64,000 nucleotides of DNA. It comes from Phoronis australis. Taxonomy: Eukaryota > Animalia > Phoronida. Positions 51,228-64,000 of this stretch are shown in pieces. The DNA lies in the NCBI GenBank assembly GCA_002633005.1, contig NMRA01000371.1, forward strand, positions 1 to 64,000, written 5' to 3'. Both the position numbers and the translations under genes were made by a program. Within the stretch, counting starts at the first letter, position 1. Each line of letters begins with the position of its first letter. Under the pieces are notes generated by a model. The model saw only the letters and a program-made list of their open reading frames with translations, was not told where the DNA came from and did not search any database.

Positions 51228-51595
51228 CTAGAAGACAATTTGAAAAGGTACAAATTGACGTGTTGAACGGAGGAAAGTGGCTTAGATTGAACTGCTATAA
51301 AACAGGTGAGCGTCAGTGACATTGCTTGGAATGATATTCCATGCACACCACTATGATATTCCAAGTAGTGTTAACTGGAGATTGTATATCCTCCAACAAA
51401 GGTTAATTTTTGCACTTAGTGGAAAAATTAGCTATGAGTGTCTATACACAACCGGACATCTTGGGAGGGCTAAGCTTGATCAAGAAAATGGGGTCAACAG
51501 TTTCAGCCTCAAGAATAGGGTAATTAGACACAAAAAGCGAGTTTCATGTGAGATTTTACAAGTTTGTGATCATAGTACATTTACTCCCAGTAATA

Positions 51596-52018
51596 AGTGA
51601 GCCAGTACACAAATGCCCAATGCTCTAGTTCAGTAATCAGTGAGCAAGTACACAAATGCCCCATGCTCTTGTTCAGTAATCAGTGAGCCAGAACACAAAT
51701 GCCTATTGCTCTAGTTCAATAATCAGTGAGCCAGAACACAAATGCCCAATGCTCTAGTTCAGTAATCAGTGAGCCAGAACACAAATGCCCAATGCTCTAG
51801 TTCAGTAATCAGTGAGCCAGTACACAAATGCCCATTGCTCTAATTCAGTAATCAGTGAGCCAGAACACAAATGCCCATTGCTCTAGTTCAGTAATCAGTG
51901 AGCAAGTACACAAATGCCCAATGCTCTAGTTCAGTAATCAGTGAGCCAGAACACAAATGCCTATCGCTCTAGGTCAGTAATCAGTGAGCCAGTACACAAA
52001 TGCCCAATGCTCTAGTTG
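51596..52018. repeat. 43-bp minisatellite, about 10 copies, intronic
   Basis: Unit cagtgagccagaacacaaatgcccaatgctctagttcagtaat in contiguous copies. Confidence 0.95.
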
Positions 52019-53709
52019 AGAACACTTGGGATAACAGTACAAAGCAAACAGGTTTACCTTGACTTAATGAATGAAGATCATATATTAATTATAAAACATT
52101 GCAACAATTCTTCTTCTTTGTGCATAAAAGTGATTGCTTTAAAGATTATCTGTAGAAAAGTATGCATGGTTTGAGAAAAACAAGGAAACTGTGGACAGAT
52201 GAAATATCCCTTAAACATCTAGTTCCTTAGCATGTATTACCAAGTTTTGCATAACAACTAAGGGAGTGTGAAATACAAAACCGTTCCTTAGTGTCACATA
52301 ACAGCAGAGAGCACATGATCTAGAAAACTGTCATTTGTCTCATACATACTGCATAGATCAATATCTTTCGTCACTAACTGTGGTAAACTTGCTACAGTTG
52401 TCAGTCCTGTATGTGTCATTCTGAGACGCATTTGTAATGCGCAACTTGTATCATGACAGTTTTTAAGTCAGGATGTGTGTGTGCACAGCTTTGGATATTT
52501 AAGCCACACCAGTTTCACAAGCATTGATTTGAATAAATCTTTTGTATTTCTCCAATGTCACGTGGTCAGCCTAACCAGGTTTTATTGACATTCCATTCTC
52601 ACTAGGAGGCTGGTCATCAAAGGAGTGACTTTATTCGCTAGGTCAGAAGTCAGGGTAATTACTGTTTATTATCAGATCATCAGATCATACCTTAACAGAA
52701 TAGAGGGCTTGAAGGCATCCAGGCTGTATTTTTCAACTTTCTTTTTGGTACATGAAAAACCGATGGAAAACATAAAATCCGAGTACAGGAGTAAAATGAG
52801 ACTATGTGGATTTTATGGACTTTCGAAGTTGTTTAAGTAATAGCGTCTGCGATTTTGTCAACAAACCCAAGCCTTGAACTGTTCATTGGAAAGGAGTTCC
52901 CAACATGGCTGATCAGCTAATTATACTGCATCACTAACTCACAATTATAAATAGAAGCTGGGCCTTAAAGAATGTGGATATAACCCAGTTGTGATGACGG
53001 AATCTTGTTTAAAGTGCATGGTTCACGACATGTCCATTGACCCGAATGTTTGTATTCTTGAGAATCTGAAGCTTAGTCAGTTATAAGGTCCCCTCGCAAG
53101 TAGGAGCACTTGCATAAAGTAGGTTGCCAAATTCACCCCATTCAACATTGCCCAATAATTAGCTAACTTAATGGGAATCCAGTACTGGGGGCCTCTCCAA
53201 TTATTTTAGACTCTGTCACTGTCACTGATGTCAGGTGCGTCACTTACCATTCAAGTGCTGCTGCAGTAAATATAGGAGTGTATACACCTGGAGGCCAGCA
53301 TATCATCTTGTGGGTGTCATGCCATTTCATCTCAATTTACAATATATAGACGCTACATTGAAAATGAAAAAGGTGGTGTACTGCGTCTACACGTGTCTAT
53401 GCCCCACCACACCACTGTTGCCACTCTGAATTTATCACTTTTGATTGTTGAAACATAATCTGTTATTAACTGAATAATAACAAGAAATGCAAATAAAAGT
53501 GTCTAAAATTGTGGAAATATTTTCATGTAAAAATGACATCTGTTCAATAAAAATATTTAAACAAAAATTCCATTTCTTTTTTAAAAGTTTCAGTGACTAA
53601 AGAAGTGAAGAAACAAAGGCTGCAGTCCATAGTAAATATTTCTAGATAGCCTTACCATACTGCTTGAGCTCAATTAAATCATATGATGGACAAGAAAACC
53701 AGTACATAC

Positions 53710-53875
53710 CTTCTACAACATCTAGGAAATGCATAAGAGCCTCCCAATATGAGTCAGCATAGCGGTACTTGAAGGTCGTTTCAATGGGGTCGCAGTGAAC
53801 GCCCTCTTCTGTGTATTGATGAATATTGCCACGTGTCTGGTTCTCTGAGATTAGCATGCTCCTGTTACCGAATAC
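53710..53875 (-). CDS. Gfo/Idh/MocA oxidoreductase internal exon
   Basis: AG/GT borders; VFGNRSMLISEN...FKYRYADSYWEALMHFLDVVE. Confidence 0.88.
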
Positions 53876-53915
53876 CTTTTTAAAAAGAAAATGTCCCAAA
53901 ATAGCAGCATTGAAA

Positions 53916-55135
53916 ACAAGAAATACGTCCACGAATGGAACGCAAACAGTGTGCTTCTAGGGGTGTATATTTATATCACAAAAATGGCCACTAGATGGTG
54001 CACAATACGTCGAATCAAATGGAAACATCCCATCGCTTCTTTAATAGAAAGCTATTTACCACATTTCATAAAAATCTATAAAGGAACTTCAGAGAAACAA
54101 AGGAAACAGAAAAATGAAATTGCCACTAGGGGGCACAGCGTTCGCCGAATTCGTCAGAAGTTCGTCCTCGTCCATTGTCAACTTCATATAAATACACTTG
54201 CTAAATTCAATAAAGGTCCTGCAGTAGGTTAAGGATACAGCTATGAGTACACACAAAAACATAACTGCCACCAGAAGGCGCCACAGAAGTCAAAGTCATC
54301 GGAAAATCATCATCAACCGTTCTCTTCACAGTAAAAATATATATGCCAATTTTCACAATCCTCCTTAGAATGGTTTGGTTGATAGAGGGGCGGACGCCAC
54401 AAAACAGATTCAAAACAGCAAAAATGGCCACTAGGTGGTGCAAAATGCCTCCAAGCCATCCGAAAATGGGAGGAAAGCGTCATCTTATCAATAGATGCCT
54501 ATATTCCAAGTTTTATGAAAATTCCTGAGGATCTTTGAAGATACAGAGTAAAACATAAAAATGAAAATTGCCACTAGGGGACACACTGGTAGTCAGATCC
54601 GCAAAATCGTCGTCCTCCATTGTCAACTTCATATAATACAATAATTGCTTAATTTAGTAAGGATCCTGTATAGTGTTAGGAGATACCGCCATGGGTGCAG
54701 AAAAACAAAACTGCAACTAGGAGGCAGCACAGTACTCAAAGTTGTGGGAAAATCATCGTCATCCGTCCTCTTCATAGCAAAAACATATACGGCAAATTTT
54801 CATAATCATTCTTACAGTGGTTTGGTTGATAGAGGAGTGGATGCCAAAAAACAGTAAAAATTGCCACTATGTGGTGCAAAATACCTCAAATCCATCTGAA
54901 AACAAGAGAATAGCGTCATCTCACTAATAGATGCCTAAATGCCAAATTTTATGAAAATCCGTTGAATACCTTTGAAGATAGACTGAAGCAAACGTAAAGA
55001 ACTAAAATTGCCACTAGGGGGCACACCAGAAGTTGGATACATCCGAAAGTTTACTCATGCTGTCCCATTCATGAAAGGAACACATGTTCAAAATTTTATG
55101 AACATACATCAAGGGGTTTGAGATAGAGCAGCGGA
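53916..55135 (-). mobile_element. HINE copy with 8 internal ~145-bp repeats, intronic
   Basis: Homologous to 7490-8670 and 23631-24345; a further 3'-end fragment at ~55318-55400. Confidence 0.8.
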
Positions 55136-55699
55136 GCGCCATTATAGTTCTTCGTGAAGGAAACTTTGAGATATCGAAAAGACAACTGAACAACTGAACA
55201 AAACGCTGCCTCAAAATTGACTGCTGATGGCACAATGCTTTCACACACTACATTGTCAAGTTTCATTGAAATCCATCAATTAGTTCTCTAGGTGTCATCT
55301 GGAAATGCTCTTTCCCCACAAGTAGCAGCATTGAAATGTGCCCACGGCTGCACAAACAATGTGCTTGTAGGGGTGTTTTTAGTATCATAAAAATGGCCAA
55401 ATAACATCTGGCACAAAATTAGTATTAAAATTACACTCATCTTTGAGTAAACTAACTTACTTAACAGTGCAAAAAATGGTCATTCAGCGGATGAATTTGA
55501 AGAGTGATCTTACGCATGGCCTTTTAGCACCATTTTGGGCTTGGAGGGGATAACCACTCCGCACAGGGGCTTAGAATTTTGCGGAGTGTTGTAAATCACG
55601 AGTGTCCTTCACACACAACCGGTCTTTTGAAATTGACATGCAAGGTCAGTAAAAGCAATTCTTTACAACACTACTGAAGTTGACATGGATCAGCTGATA

Positions 55700-56285
55700 T
55701 GGAATGAGATGATCAAGTGCAAGTACAGTTTGTTAATACACAACAACTGTATAAAATTCAATGGATAATGATTATTCATGAGAGTAGACTTAATAAAGGG
55801 AATTTCTTTGTCTAGTATTCTAGTGTTTGAGCAAATCCGTTTAGCTCTACTAATTAGACCACAAACCAGAGACCGTTTATACTTAATAGATGTGAAGCTA
55901 TACAAATTCAAGTACACACTAGAGTTAGGTTTATGAAAGCAAGACTTGACAATATCATTGTTTGGGGTTCTAGTCACTAGTACGTCTAAGAAATGTAGTT
56001 TACTCAAGAGTCGGTGGTTAATAGCGAGTTACATTTCTTAAATGTACTAGAGACTAGAGCCACAAACAGCGATATTGTCATGTCTTGGTTACATAAACCT
56101 ACCTCTATTGTGTACTTGAACTGGTAAGTACAAACAGTCTCTTTGGGATGGCTTTGACCTTTGCATGTGACGGCTTTAAAAATGAGTTTTGGTTCAGCTG
56201 ATTTATTTGTTACTTGTGACCCTGTTGTGGTTTGATGTACTCTATGAGGATGATGAATTGAACTTCATTAAAACGTTGGGACTGA
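55700..56285 (-). mobile_element. Penelope-like RT fragment with a short inverted duplicate
   Basis: LHFLDVLV...FHKP...YLN..S....YKRSLV.GLISRAKRICS; 56030-56125 is an inverted diverged copy of ~55900-55997; degenerate hammerhead-like sequence at ~56243-56278. Confidence 0.75.
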
Positions 56286-56404
56286 CGCATATATATGTAA
56301 ACACAGAATGTTAGCTGTATTTTGATGTTAAGTCTTCATGCAGCTAGCTGGCTGCTGAGAGATCAACAATTAACAAAGACTTGTTGCAGTAAAGAAACAC
56401 TAAC

Positions 56405-56628
56405 CTCGAGGCGCTGGTCATAGCCATAGGCAGCAAAACGGCTAAGATCAATGATCGCCATCTTGTTGCTAGAGAACTGCAGTACCACGGCTACAGTGTC
56501 AAAATCCTTCATTTCTTTTATCTCTGGGATGTGACAGGTGGCACTGCAGTAAACTGAGGATGGGTACTCTTGCATGATCCAACAGATCATGTCTATGTCA
56601 TGCACACAACAGTCGTGGAAAATCCCAC
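56405..56628 (-). CDS. Gfo/Idh/MocA oxidoreductase internal exon
   Basis: AG/GT borders; GGIFHDCCVHDIDMICW catalytic D-x3-H-D motif and YGYDQRLE typical of IolG-like enzymes. Confidence 0.92.
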
Positions 56629-58295
56629 CTGCAGCACAATGGAATGCAAACACTCAATCATTTCAGCAGTCTAACGATGACCAAGGAAGCTTAACACAAG
56701 CAAAGAGATACATAATGGGAATATAAGCTGAAACCATATAACTAACTAAAGGAAGTTGAATATACTAACAAGGCTAGGAGTCATGTGAAAAAATATGTCT
56801 TTGTCACGGTAGTAAAAGTTGAAACCCTTTCAGTAAAGTAATAGTTCAGTACACTAATAAAACATGGAATCAAGCCGAAAAGATGTGTGCTGGAAACACT
56901 GTAGTTTGGCATCGCAAACAGCAGATACAAGAGGATGGCAATTAATTTAAACATTCCCATTACAAGGAGCAATAATAATAAACTGCACACTAGGGGGAGC
57001 AAAGCAGGTTGCGCAAAATTGACATAGCCCAATAGGTATGGAAGATACCAAAGCGGATGTGAAAACACTTTAAAACGCACAGCACTAGAGGCAAATGTTG
57101 GAAACGTATGGGGTGCCGTCTTACCTGTAATAGAAACAGGAGTACTGGTTTAGCAAAGAGCGCTCAGTGGGCACCAAAAAATGAAATTGTCACTTGAGTG
57201 GATAGCTGTGTACACATTTTCAAAGCATCGATGGTACCAGTAAAAAATACAACCTAAGTTCTTCATAGACTAAGACGCTGCTCAAGAAAAATAAATTGCC
57301 ACAAGGAGGTACACTTTGCAGTTTAACAAGAGCCATTCAATCCTTGACATGGACAGGCACAAAAACAAAATTGTCCCATAGCTACTAGGCGATGCCATAG
57401 CAGTCAGAACTATCCATTTACTTTACAAGCCAACACTAGCGTGTAATATCTTCAACTCAAGAAATTCCCTGAAATCCTCCTTACGTTTTCCTAATAGCGT
57501 CCCTAAGATTTTTAAGCTCCCGTGGAGTCGGGATTAACGGCAAGCTTAAGTACAAATCTGTGCTACATCGTGCCATCTATGATCGGCAACATGAGAAAAA
57601 TCTCTGGACAAACACACATGTTGTTGTCACGTGACATTTGTTTTGAACTTCGTCTGTGTTTGTGAGTAAGCCAGAGCATGCATGTCACCAGAGTTCATTT
57701 GCCAGAGCAGAGACCGTCTTTGGCCACAGTAAACGCAATCTAACAAGTTAGATGTGCATTGTATGTAAAGAAATTAGCACAAAGCAGAATGTGTTTCATT
57801 TAGCACTTGCCGGTCTTATGCTAAAAACGTTCCACATTTGTCTTGCTGAGGCCGTTCACAAGTACACTACGTCTGTTCTGAAAGGCCAGACCATAGAGGG
57901 ACACATTCCTCGCAAGTTCAGCGAAATTTTTGTGTTCGTTTTGAGGCTCGGCAGCCGGAAGTTGGAAGTGTATAGTCACTGCTAAATACCAACTTAGCGG
58001 CGAGGCTCCTGGTTTACAAATTTTGCGCATAATGATTTTTTTCAGGACAGTCGGATATTATTGATAAATTGAAGACGTTACTGTAGAATTTTAGGACTGT
58101 AGGTAAGGCATTTTTCGCAAGTACACGTTCATGGACTGGGCACTTATTTTAGCAAAGTCTGAAAACGCGTGGCGGGCGCTTATAGGGGCATAGGTGGTTA
58201 TTAGGGCGAATACAGTATATATTATCCTTTGAGCACTGGGTGGGTAAAGAGGCCCACACCAGAAACAGATGCAAAAATAATAAAAATGGACACTA

Positions 58296-60408
58296 TAGTC
58301 CTGAGCCAAATGGTGTTTTTTTTTCTTAACCCTGCAGGCATGCTTTCACCCATATTTCCATGGTCAACGAATTTGAAAGTTTTTGGGTGGATACATTGTC
58401 AATTTGCATAATTTATGCAAATTAAGGCTGCCGTTATTCAAATTTTTACTTGTTCTAATAGCTATGGTACCAATCATCACAAGTGAATTATCATGATATT
58501 TGCACCTATGTTTGTATGGACAAATAGTTTAATGAAATCAGTTTGCATGTTGTTGCATGATAAATTTGCATAATTAATTCAAATAAAGGCCACCATTATT
58601 CAAAATTAAATTTTGCTTACAACACCCTTACCAATTAAGCACTTCAGACTTGTTGCTTTAATGTTTTCACCTATGCTTCCATGGTCAATGAATTTAATGG
58701 ACCTCGTTTGCTAGTGGATACGTCGTGAATTTGCATAATATATGCAAATTAAGGCCGCCATTATTCAAAATTCTTCTTCTGCTTATAGCTGAAGTACCAG
58801 GCACCCTAAGTAAACTATTTGAACGTCTTTACCCAAGGCATGCTTCTGTGAAATCAGTTTGCAAGTTGTTGCTTGATGAATTTTCATAATTTATACAAAT
58901 AAAGGACACCAGTATTCCAAATACTGTTTCTGCTCGTAATTTCCTTACGGGCATTACATGTAGATTATTTTTGAATTTATATCGTTTTTATGGTCATCAT
59001 GAATTTGCATAATTTATAATTTACACAAATTACAGCTGCCATATTCAAAATTCTACTTGACTTGTGTGCTTATAACTGCTGCATCATACACCAGAGGTTA
59101 GCTATAAATATTTGAACCCATGTTCCAGTGGTCAATGAATTTAATGAAATCTGTTTGCAGGTTGTAGCATAATAAATTTGCAGAATCTCCTTATTGATGA
59201 TGAAGTAAAACAATATTTTGTGTAGTGTGTTCTGCAGTTTGAGACCTTAAATTCCAAAAAAGATATTGCCTATTGCCCTGTGCTCCCACAGATCATAGAT
59301 TAGTTTAATGACTTGGATGAATGCTGGAATGGGGCTCGGAGCGATCAGTTTATAGGGACCACATTCATGAGGTAAGAATACAGTAGTGAGGGAATAGTAG
59401 GGAATTGCCCTCAAAGAAGAGGCTCTTAAGCTTTTGGGCACAAGTTGCCATTTGTCCTACAAGACTGAAACAGATCTTGGAGAAATGGAGAGCTGTAACA
59501 TTAGATCTCGTTCTAAAACCTATCACAGGGAAGAAAGTAAGGCACGTCTTGATGCACATGCCCAGGATATTGCAAGAATCTGTCAAAAGTAGATACCAGC
59601 ATCGAGCTATTGGATCCAAATGTCCATCAAAAAGACGTAGTGGTGAATATTAGCAGTGACAGGATTACTATTCCAACAGTTAAATGTACATGAAACCATA
59701 AGCATTGGACAGGCAATGTTATCAGACTTCGAGAAAGGCAAGCAGTACGTAAGGAACACAAGTAGGTAATCACTGATGAAGATCCCTGTCCCTTAATATA
59801 ATACAAGGACATTGGAGACATCCCAGATTATTTATATTTATGATGTAATGACAGATTACATTAAATTTATCAAAATACCAAAATAATCTACATGTAGTGC
59901 CCCCCATAAAGTTCTGAGCAGAAACAGGATTTTTAATAATGGCCGCCTTTATTTGCATAAATTATGCAAATTTATCATGCAACAACATGCAAACCGATAT
60001 CATTAAACTAATTGTCCAAAAGAATATAGGTGCAAACATCATGATAGTTCATCTGTGGTGCCTGGTACGATAGCTATAAGCACAAATTTTGAATAATGGC
60101 GGCCTTAATTAGCATAAAGTATGCAAATTCACAATGTATTCACCAAAAAACTTGCACTATTAATTTCGTTGACCACGGGTAAATCGGTAAAAACGTCAAA
60201 ATTATCTGGCTGCAGTGCTTGGTAAAGAAATTATAAGCAAAACTGCAATTTTGCATAATGGCGACTTTAATTTGCATATTTAAAAAATGTTCAAGGATTG
60301 CAATGGTCACCCCCCTAAATCATGGTAACTTAACCTTAGGCTACATGAAACAGCAAAGAAAAAACTTTATCTGGCAAATCCAGGTTTAGCCCCCGGGCTC
60401 CCGGACTA
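58296..60408. mobile_element. Non-autonomous Academ-like foldback element, intronic
   Basis: TAGTCC...GGACTA termini with 3-bp TSD CTA; long inverted arms built from ~165-bp subrepeats containing atttgcataatttatgcaaat. Confidence 0.65.
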
Positions 60409-60419
60409 CTAAGGTGTGC

Positions 60420-60698
60420 AGATTACGTAGAATTGTCATGAAAATGGGACGGTGTTGTCTCCATAAAGCCTATTTGCCAAATTCCATGAAAATCAGTCAA
60501 AGAACTTGGGAAATATTAAGGACAACAAAAAAAATTATGGTTACTATGGGGCACAACGGTGGTCAAATCCATCCTAATATTCTATTAATTCACTCCATCT
60601 TTGAAAGGAACATGTCAGAAAAATTTCACGAATGTCCATCAATGAATTTCCGAAATACAAGGATGATAGCATATTATATTTATGTGGGCAGATAAAAA
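60420..60698 (-). mobile_element. Diverged 5' part of a HINE copy
   Basis: ccaaattccatgaaaatc, actatggggcacaacggt and terminal tatgtgggcagataaaaa match the 18690-18910 copy. Confidence 0.6.
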
Positions 60699-60875
60699 TG
60701 TAAGCAAAACTCTAGGAGAGATGAATTTGTAAGAACACCCGACACGTGATTTGGCTTTCATGACATTCAGTGACCCAATAAATTATCTGTTGAGAATTCA
60801 AAAATAAGTGCAATAATGAGGCAATCTGTAAATACACTCTATATTCATTCAATTGTGCACTGCGTGAAGACATAC

Positions 60876-61006
60876 CAGAAACCCTCAAGTAACTCAGTGG
60901 TGGTAGAGGTGCATCTCGGCTACACGTCTTGATCATATGTATGTCACCAACAGCATTTTTCTTGTGCACACGATCATGGATGCTTCGAATGGACGGGTCA
61001 TACCGT
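60876..61006 (-). CDS. Gfo/Idh/MocA oxidoreductase internal exon
   Basis: AG/GT borders; RYDPSIRSIHDRV...VGDIHMIKTCSRDAPLPPLSYLRVS; phases 2 and 1 fit the neighbouring exons. Confidence 0.9.
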
Positions 61007-62556
61007 CTGCGCAACACAAGACAAACTTAAGATTTTCCATTCAATTTACAAACACATTGATACTGATATAATCCCCGCTTCTCTAACAAAACTAACTTCT
61101 CATCAGTCTTTACCACTAAGCTTTATGCAAGGCATTTGTTTGACCTGATTAAAAGTGCATGAAATATAACTGAAGACAAATGCCATTTTGTTATATTTTA
61201 AACACTATCATTCAGTTTGCGTCATTGATGATGACTTCTAACATCTTTCAATTAATTTAATATTCTCTTGACCTGATGGGTCATTTTATGTGCATAATGA
61301 AGTTGTCTGTTCTTACCAAGCCCGAAAAAACATCATGATCTGAATATTGAACAAGCTGAGACTAGTTTTGAAAAGGAAAGTTCATATAGTGGCTTATGCA
61401 TGTAACCTAGTCAAATGCCTAAATTTGACTAACTTCAGAACATATCTCAGAAATGGCAGATCAGATTCAAATTAAACTTTCAGATAATGAGTACTTCATT
61501 CATTATTCGCCAACATAATATTAAGAATGCATTTAAAGAGGGGTTACGGAAATGGGGAGTTTTAGGATATTCATGAAAAAAATCAAAAGTTGCATCAAAC
61601 AAAAGGATAATTTAGAAAACCTTTAACGTATTTTTGAGATTTCACTTTGGAAATTTATACTAGATAAAACTTCAATATTGACACTGTGGTTTTGCTAAGA
61701 AGGTACTTTTAATTTCTGTTTTTGCTAAATTTTAATAAAAAGACACGGTAATGTTACCCAATTAATTACACTGATTGGTACGGAGTCTAAAATCAAATTC
61801 TACAGTCCTTCTGCTTTCACAAAATATACACTTTTAAAGACTTTTAGCAGTCTATGCACACATTTGGCACTAAGTGCCCACATAACTTTAAAGCTGCCCT
61901 AACCACATTAAAAGCATATCCCTTTTTTCACAGGCCCACTTGTTCTTCCAAAGTAATGCCAACGCTCTCTCATTCTTGTTTGAAAGGAAATAAGTTGCAA
62001 CAAAAACGACTGGAATTCTCCCATCAGCCTGCAGAAAATGTCAACAACAATGGCCGCAAAGATGATCTGGGATTCCAAATGTGGAAGTGCGGCTGTTCTG
62101 AAGATCAATTAGGTGAAGTAAATTACAGGTGGGCACTAGCTTGAGCAGTTTGTGATTAAATTCTCAAAAGTTGAAGGTGGGGGTTTAATACGAAAATTTT
62201 CAAAAGTAAAATTTGGGTGTTAACGTAACCATGGACGACAACCCGAATGTTAACGGTAACTTGGCAAGCAAATTAAAGAGCTTTGTACGAAACAATAACG
62301 AGCCATAAGAAAATCATTTTAAACTTGAGTGAAAAACAAGATGAGAGAGATTGTGAGGCCCAAATTAAAAGTAGGTTATTCACAGAAAGTGCAGCTATCT
62401 ATCCCAACTATGGGATTTTGATGGACATAACCACAGTGTTAAGGCTTATTTTTTCACAGTCAAATCAAATACACTATACGACTAGAAATCAAGACCGTAA
62501 TTCGTCATACAGATTTTTGTTGTGACTTCAAAGATTGTACTACGTGAAACTCTCAC

Positions 62557-62665
62557 CTGTTAAAAGAGCAAAACAAGGGGTTCCCCGTCTGCTTGGACAA
62601 GTCGTAAAGGTTGGCTACAGCTTCAGGCTTCTCTGCGATTGGCTTCTCGCAAAACACGGCTTTGT
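62557..62665 (-). CDS. Gfo/Idh/MocA oxidoreductase exon (upstream exons probably outside the window)
   Basis: KAVFCEKPIA...LFCSFNR with the hallmark CEKP motif; ttcag acceptor and gtgag donor. Confidence 0.92.
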
Positions 62666-64000
62666 CTGAAACAAGGAAAGAACTGGATGCACAAATGATC
62701 AGAACGACGGTTTGCAAACACCGCCAAAAATCAATAAATTCATAAATCTACTTTAAAAAACGTGGTTTGTAGCACCCCTTTTTAATTTTGTTACTTTCTT
62801 TGTATGCAGCCCATCAAAATTCTCAGGAGACATCAAAGAGGCAACATGTTTATTCAGTATGTACTAAATTAGTTGTCATTAAACAAGGAAAAATACAATC
62901 TTACGGTAATGGTTTACTACCGACGACAAACAAACAAAGCTGAATGTTGCTACATTGTCAAAAAAGTAGCAAAACTGAGGTAAATTCAGAGAACTGTGAG
63001 TTTAGGTAAAACGGAATAGTTAGATTTGTTGTTTTTTCAAAAAGGAGCACACGCAGAAGAGATTCATGCTTCTTTAAGAGTAGACCTGAATAAAGTAAAT
63101 ATGTTTAAAGCACACAGATAAATCCAACAGCCAGATATTGAAAGCGGTAAATACTAAAGTGTCATTATGTACAAAAATGTAGAAATCGTTTATAATTTCC
63201 AGAATTTTGGAGAAAAATGCGAGAAGATTTAGAAGCATTTAACTGCAGCTGTTAACAACAGGTTGGCCAAGCTAAGTTTGTAAAGCAGTCATCAGACAAA
63301 TCTGTCATAGTGGCATGAAGAGTAGATATGCCAAATGGGAAATTTGGGGTTTATGTTAAGGCTATTGGTAAGTCTATGTTAACACCTTATAGCTGCTGCT
63401 GTCTCAAAAAATAAGGAAGATGAAGCTGTGTCACACTGAATTCTGTGAATATTCAAATAGAGACAAGCCAACAAGTCTATTGAATTGAGCTTCACGCATA
63501 GTGCACATGACAATATAACAATAGATTTTAGTGACAACTCATTTGAATACACACAGAATTTCTGTGACAAAATTGGACTATCTTGCCCCTCTGCCCTCAA
63601 ATACGTGCACAGAGTACGTGCAGAAACGAACACACAAAACGAGGACTACATCAATAGGTTACACTGCCCGTAGATACCGTCCCTCCATCACTCTCTACTT
63701 TACGTAACTTTTAAGACATTCACACCAAGATTTTTCTTTACAAATCCATGTAGGCCATGCTAAGAAAACAACTTGTGTTAACCAGTAGCAAGGGCTACAG
63801 ATTTAGAGTCAAAATATTGGAAGCCTCAGATCAACTGTAATAATGTATGTTTTAACAACTTTTTGAGGCCAAGTAAAATGACAGTTACGTAAGTTAGTTA
63901 AGTAGACGGAACAACTTGCTCTCGGTAAGTTGTATAGATACCATGCTCCAGGGCTTTGCGTACAATTTCTTCATGTTGAAAAGTTGGAGTTGTCACGAAC

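Noticed and set aside
51596-52018. CRISPR-like regular array
   Set aside because: Contiguous 43-bp units with no unique spacers, no cas genes, and located in a eukaryotic intron; it is a minisatellite
53243-53320. Possible extra exon of the oxidoreductase (GTAAG donor-like site)
   Set aside because: 53710 splices in frame to 51227 and gives a complete family-like C-terminus without it

Overview
AT-rich, repeat-dense genomic DNA from a eukaryote, most likely an invertebrate animal (spliceosomal GT-AG introns, metazoan-type transposon families), with two N-gaps. There are two plausible host genes: an intronless divergent 7TM/GPCR-like ORF (22006-22926, +) and the last five exons of a Gfo/Idh/MocA (myo-inositol dehydrogenase-like) oxidoreductase (62665 down to 51061, -; splice phases checked by hand). 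Most of the rest is mobile DNA: an env-bearing Gypsy element (integrase, F-like env, an extra retropepsin-like ORF, PPT and 3' LTR), an internally deleted Gypsy followed by a C2H2 zinc-finger ORF, two Kolobok elements (TTAA TSD, THAP, one with KolX), three Academ-like elements, LINE remnants, Penelope-like fragments with hammerhead ribozyme motifs, and a Helentron/HINE family whose ~145-bp internal repeat carries a CTCF-like motif. All family assignments are motif recognition by eye; no database search was run.
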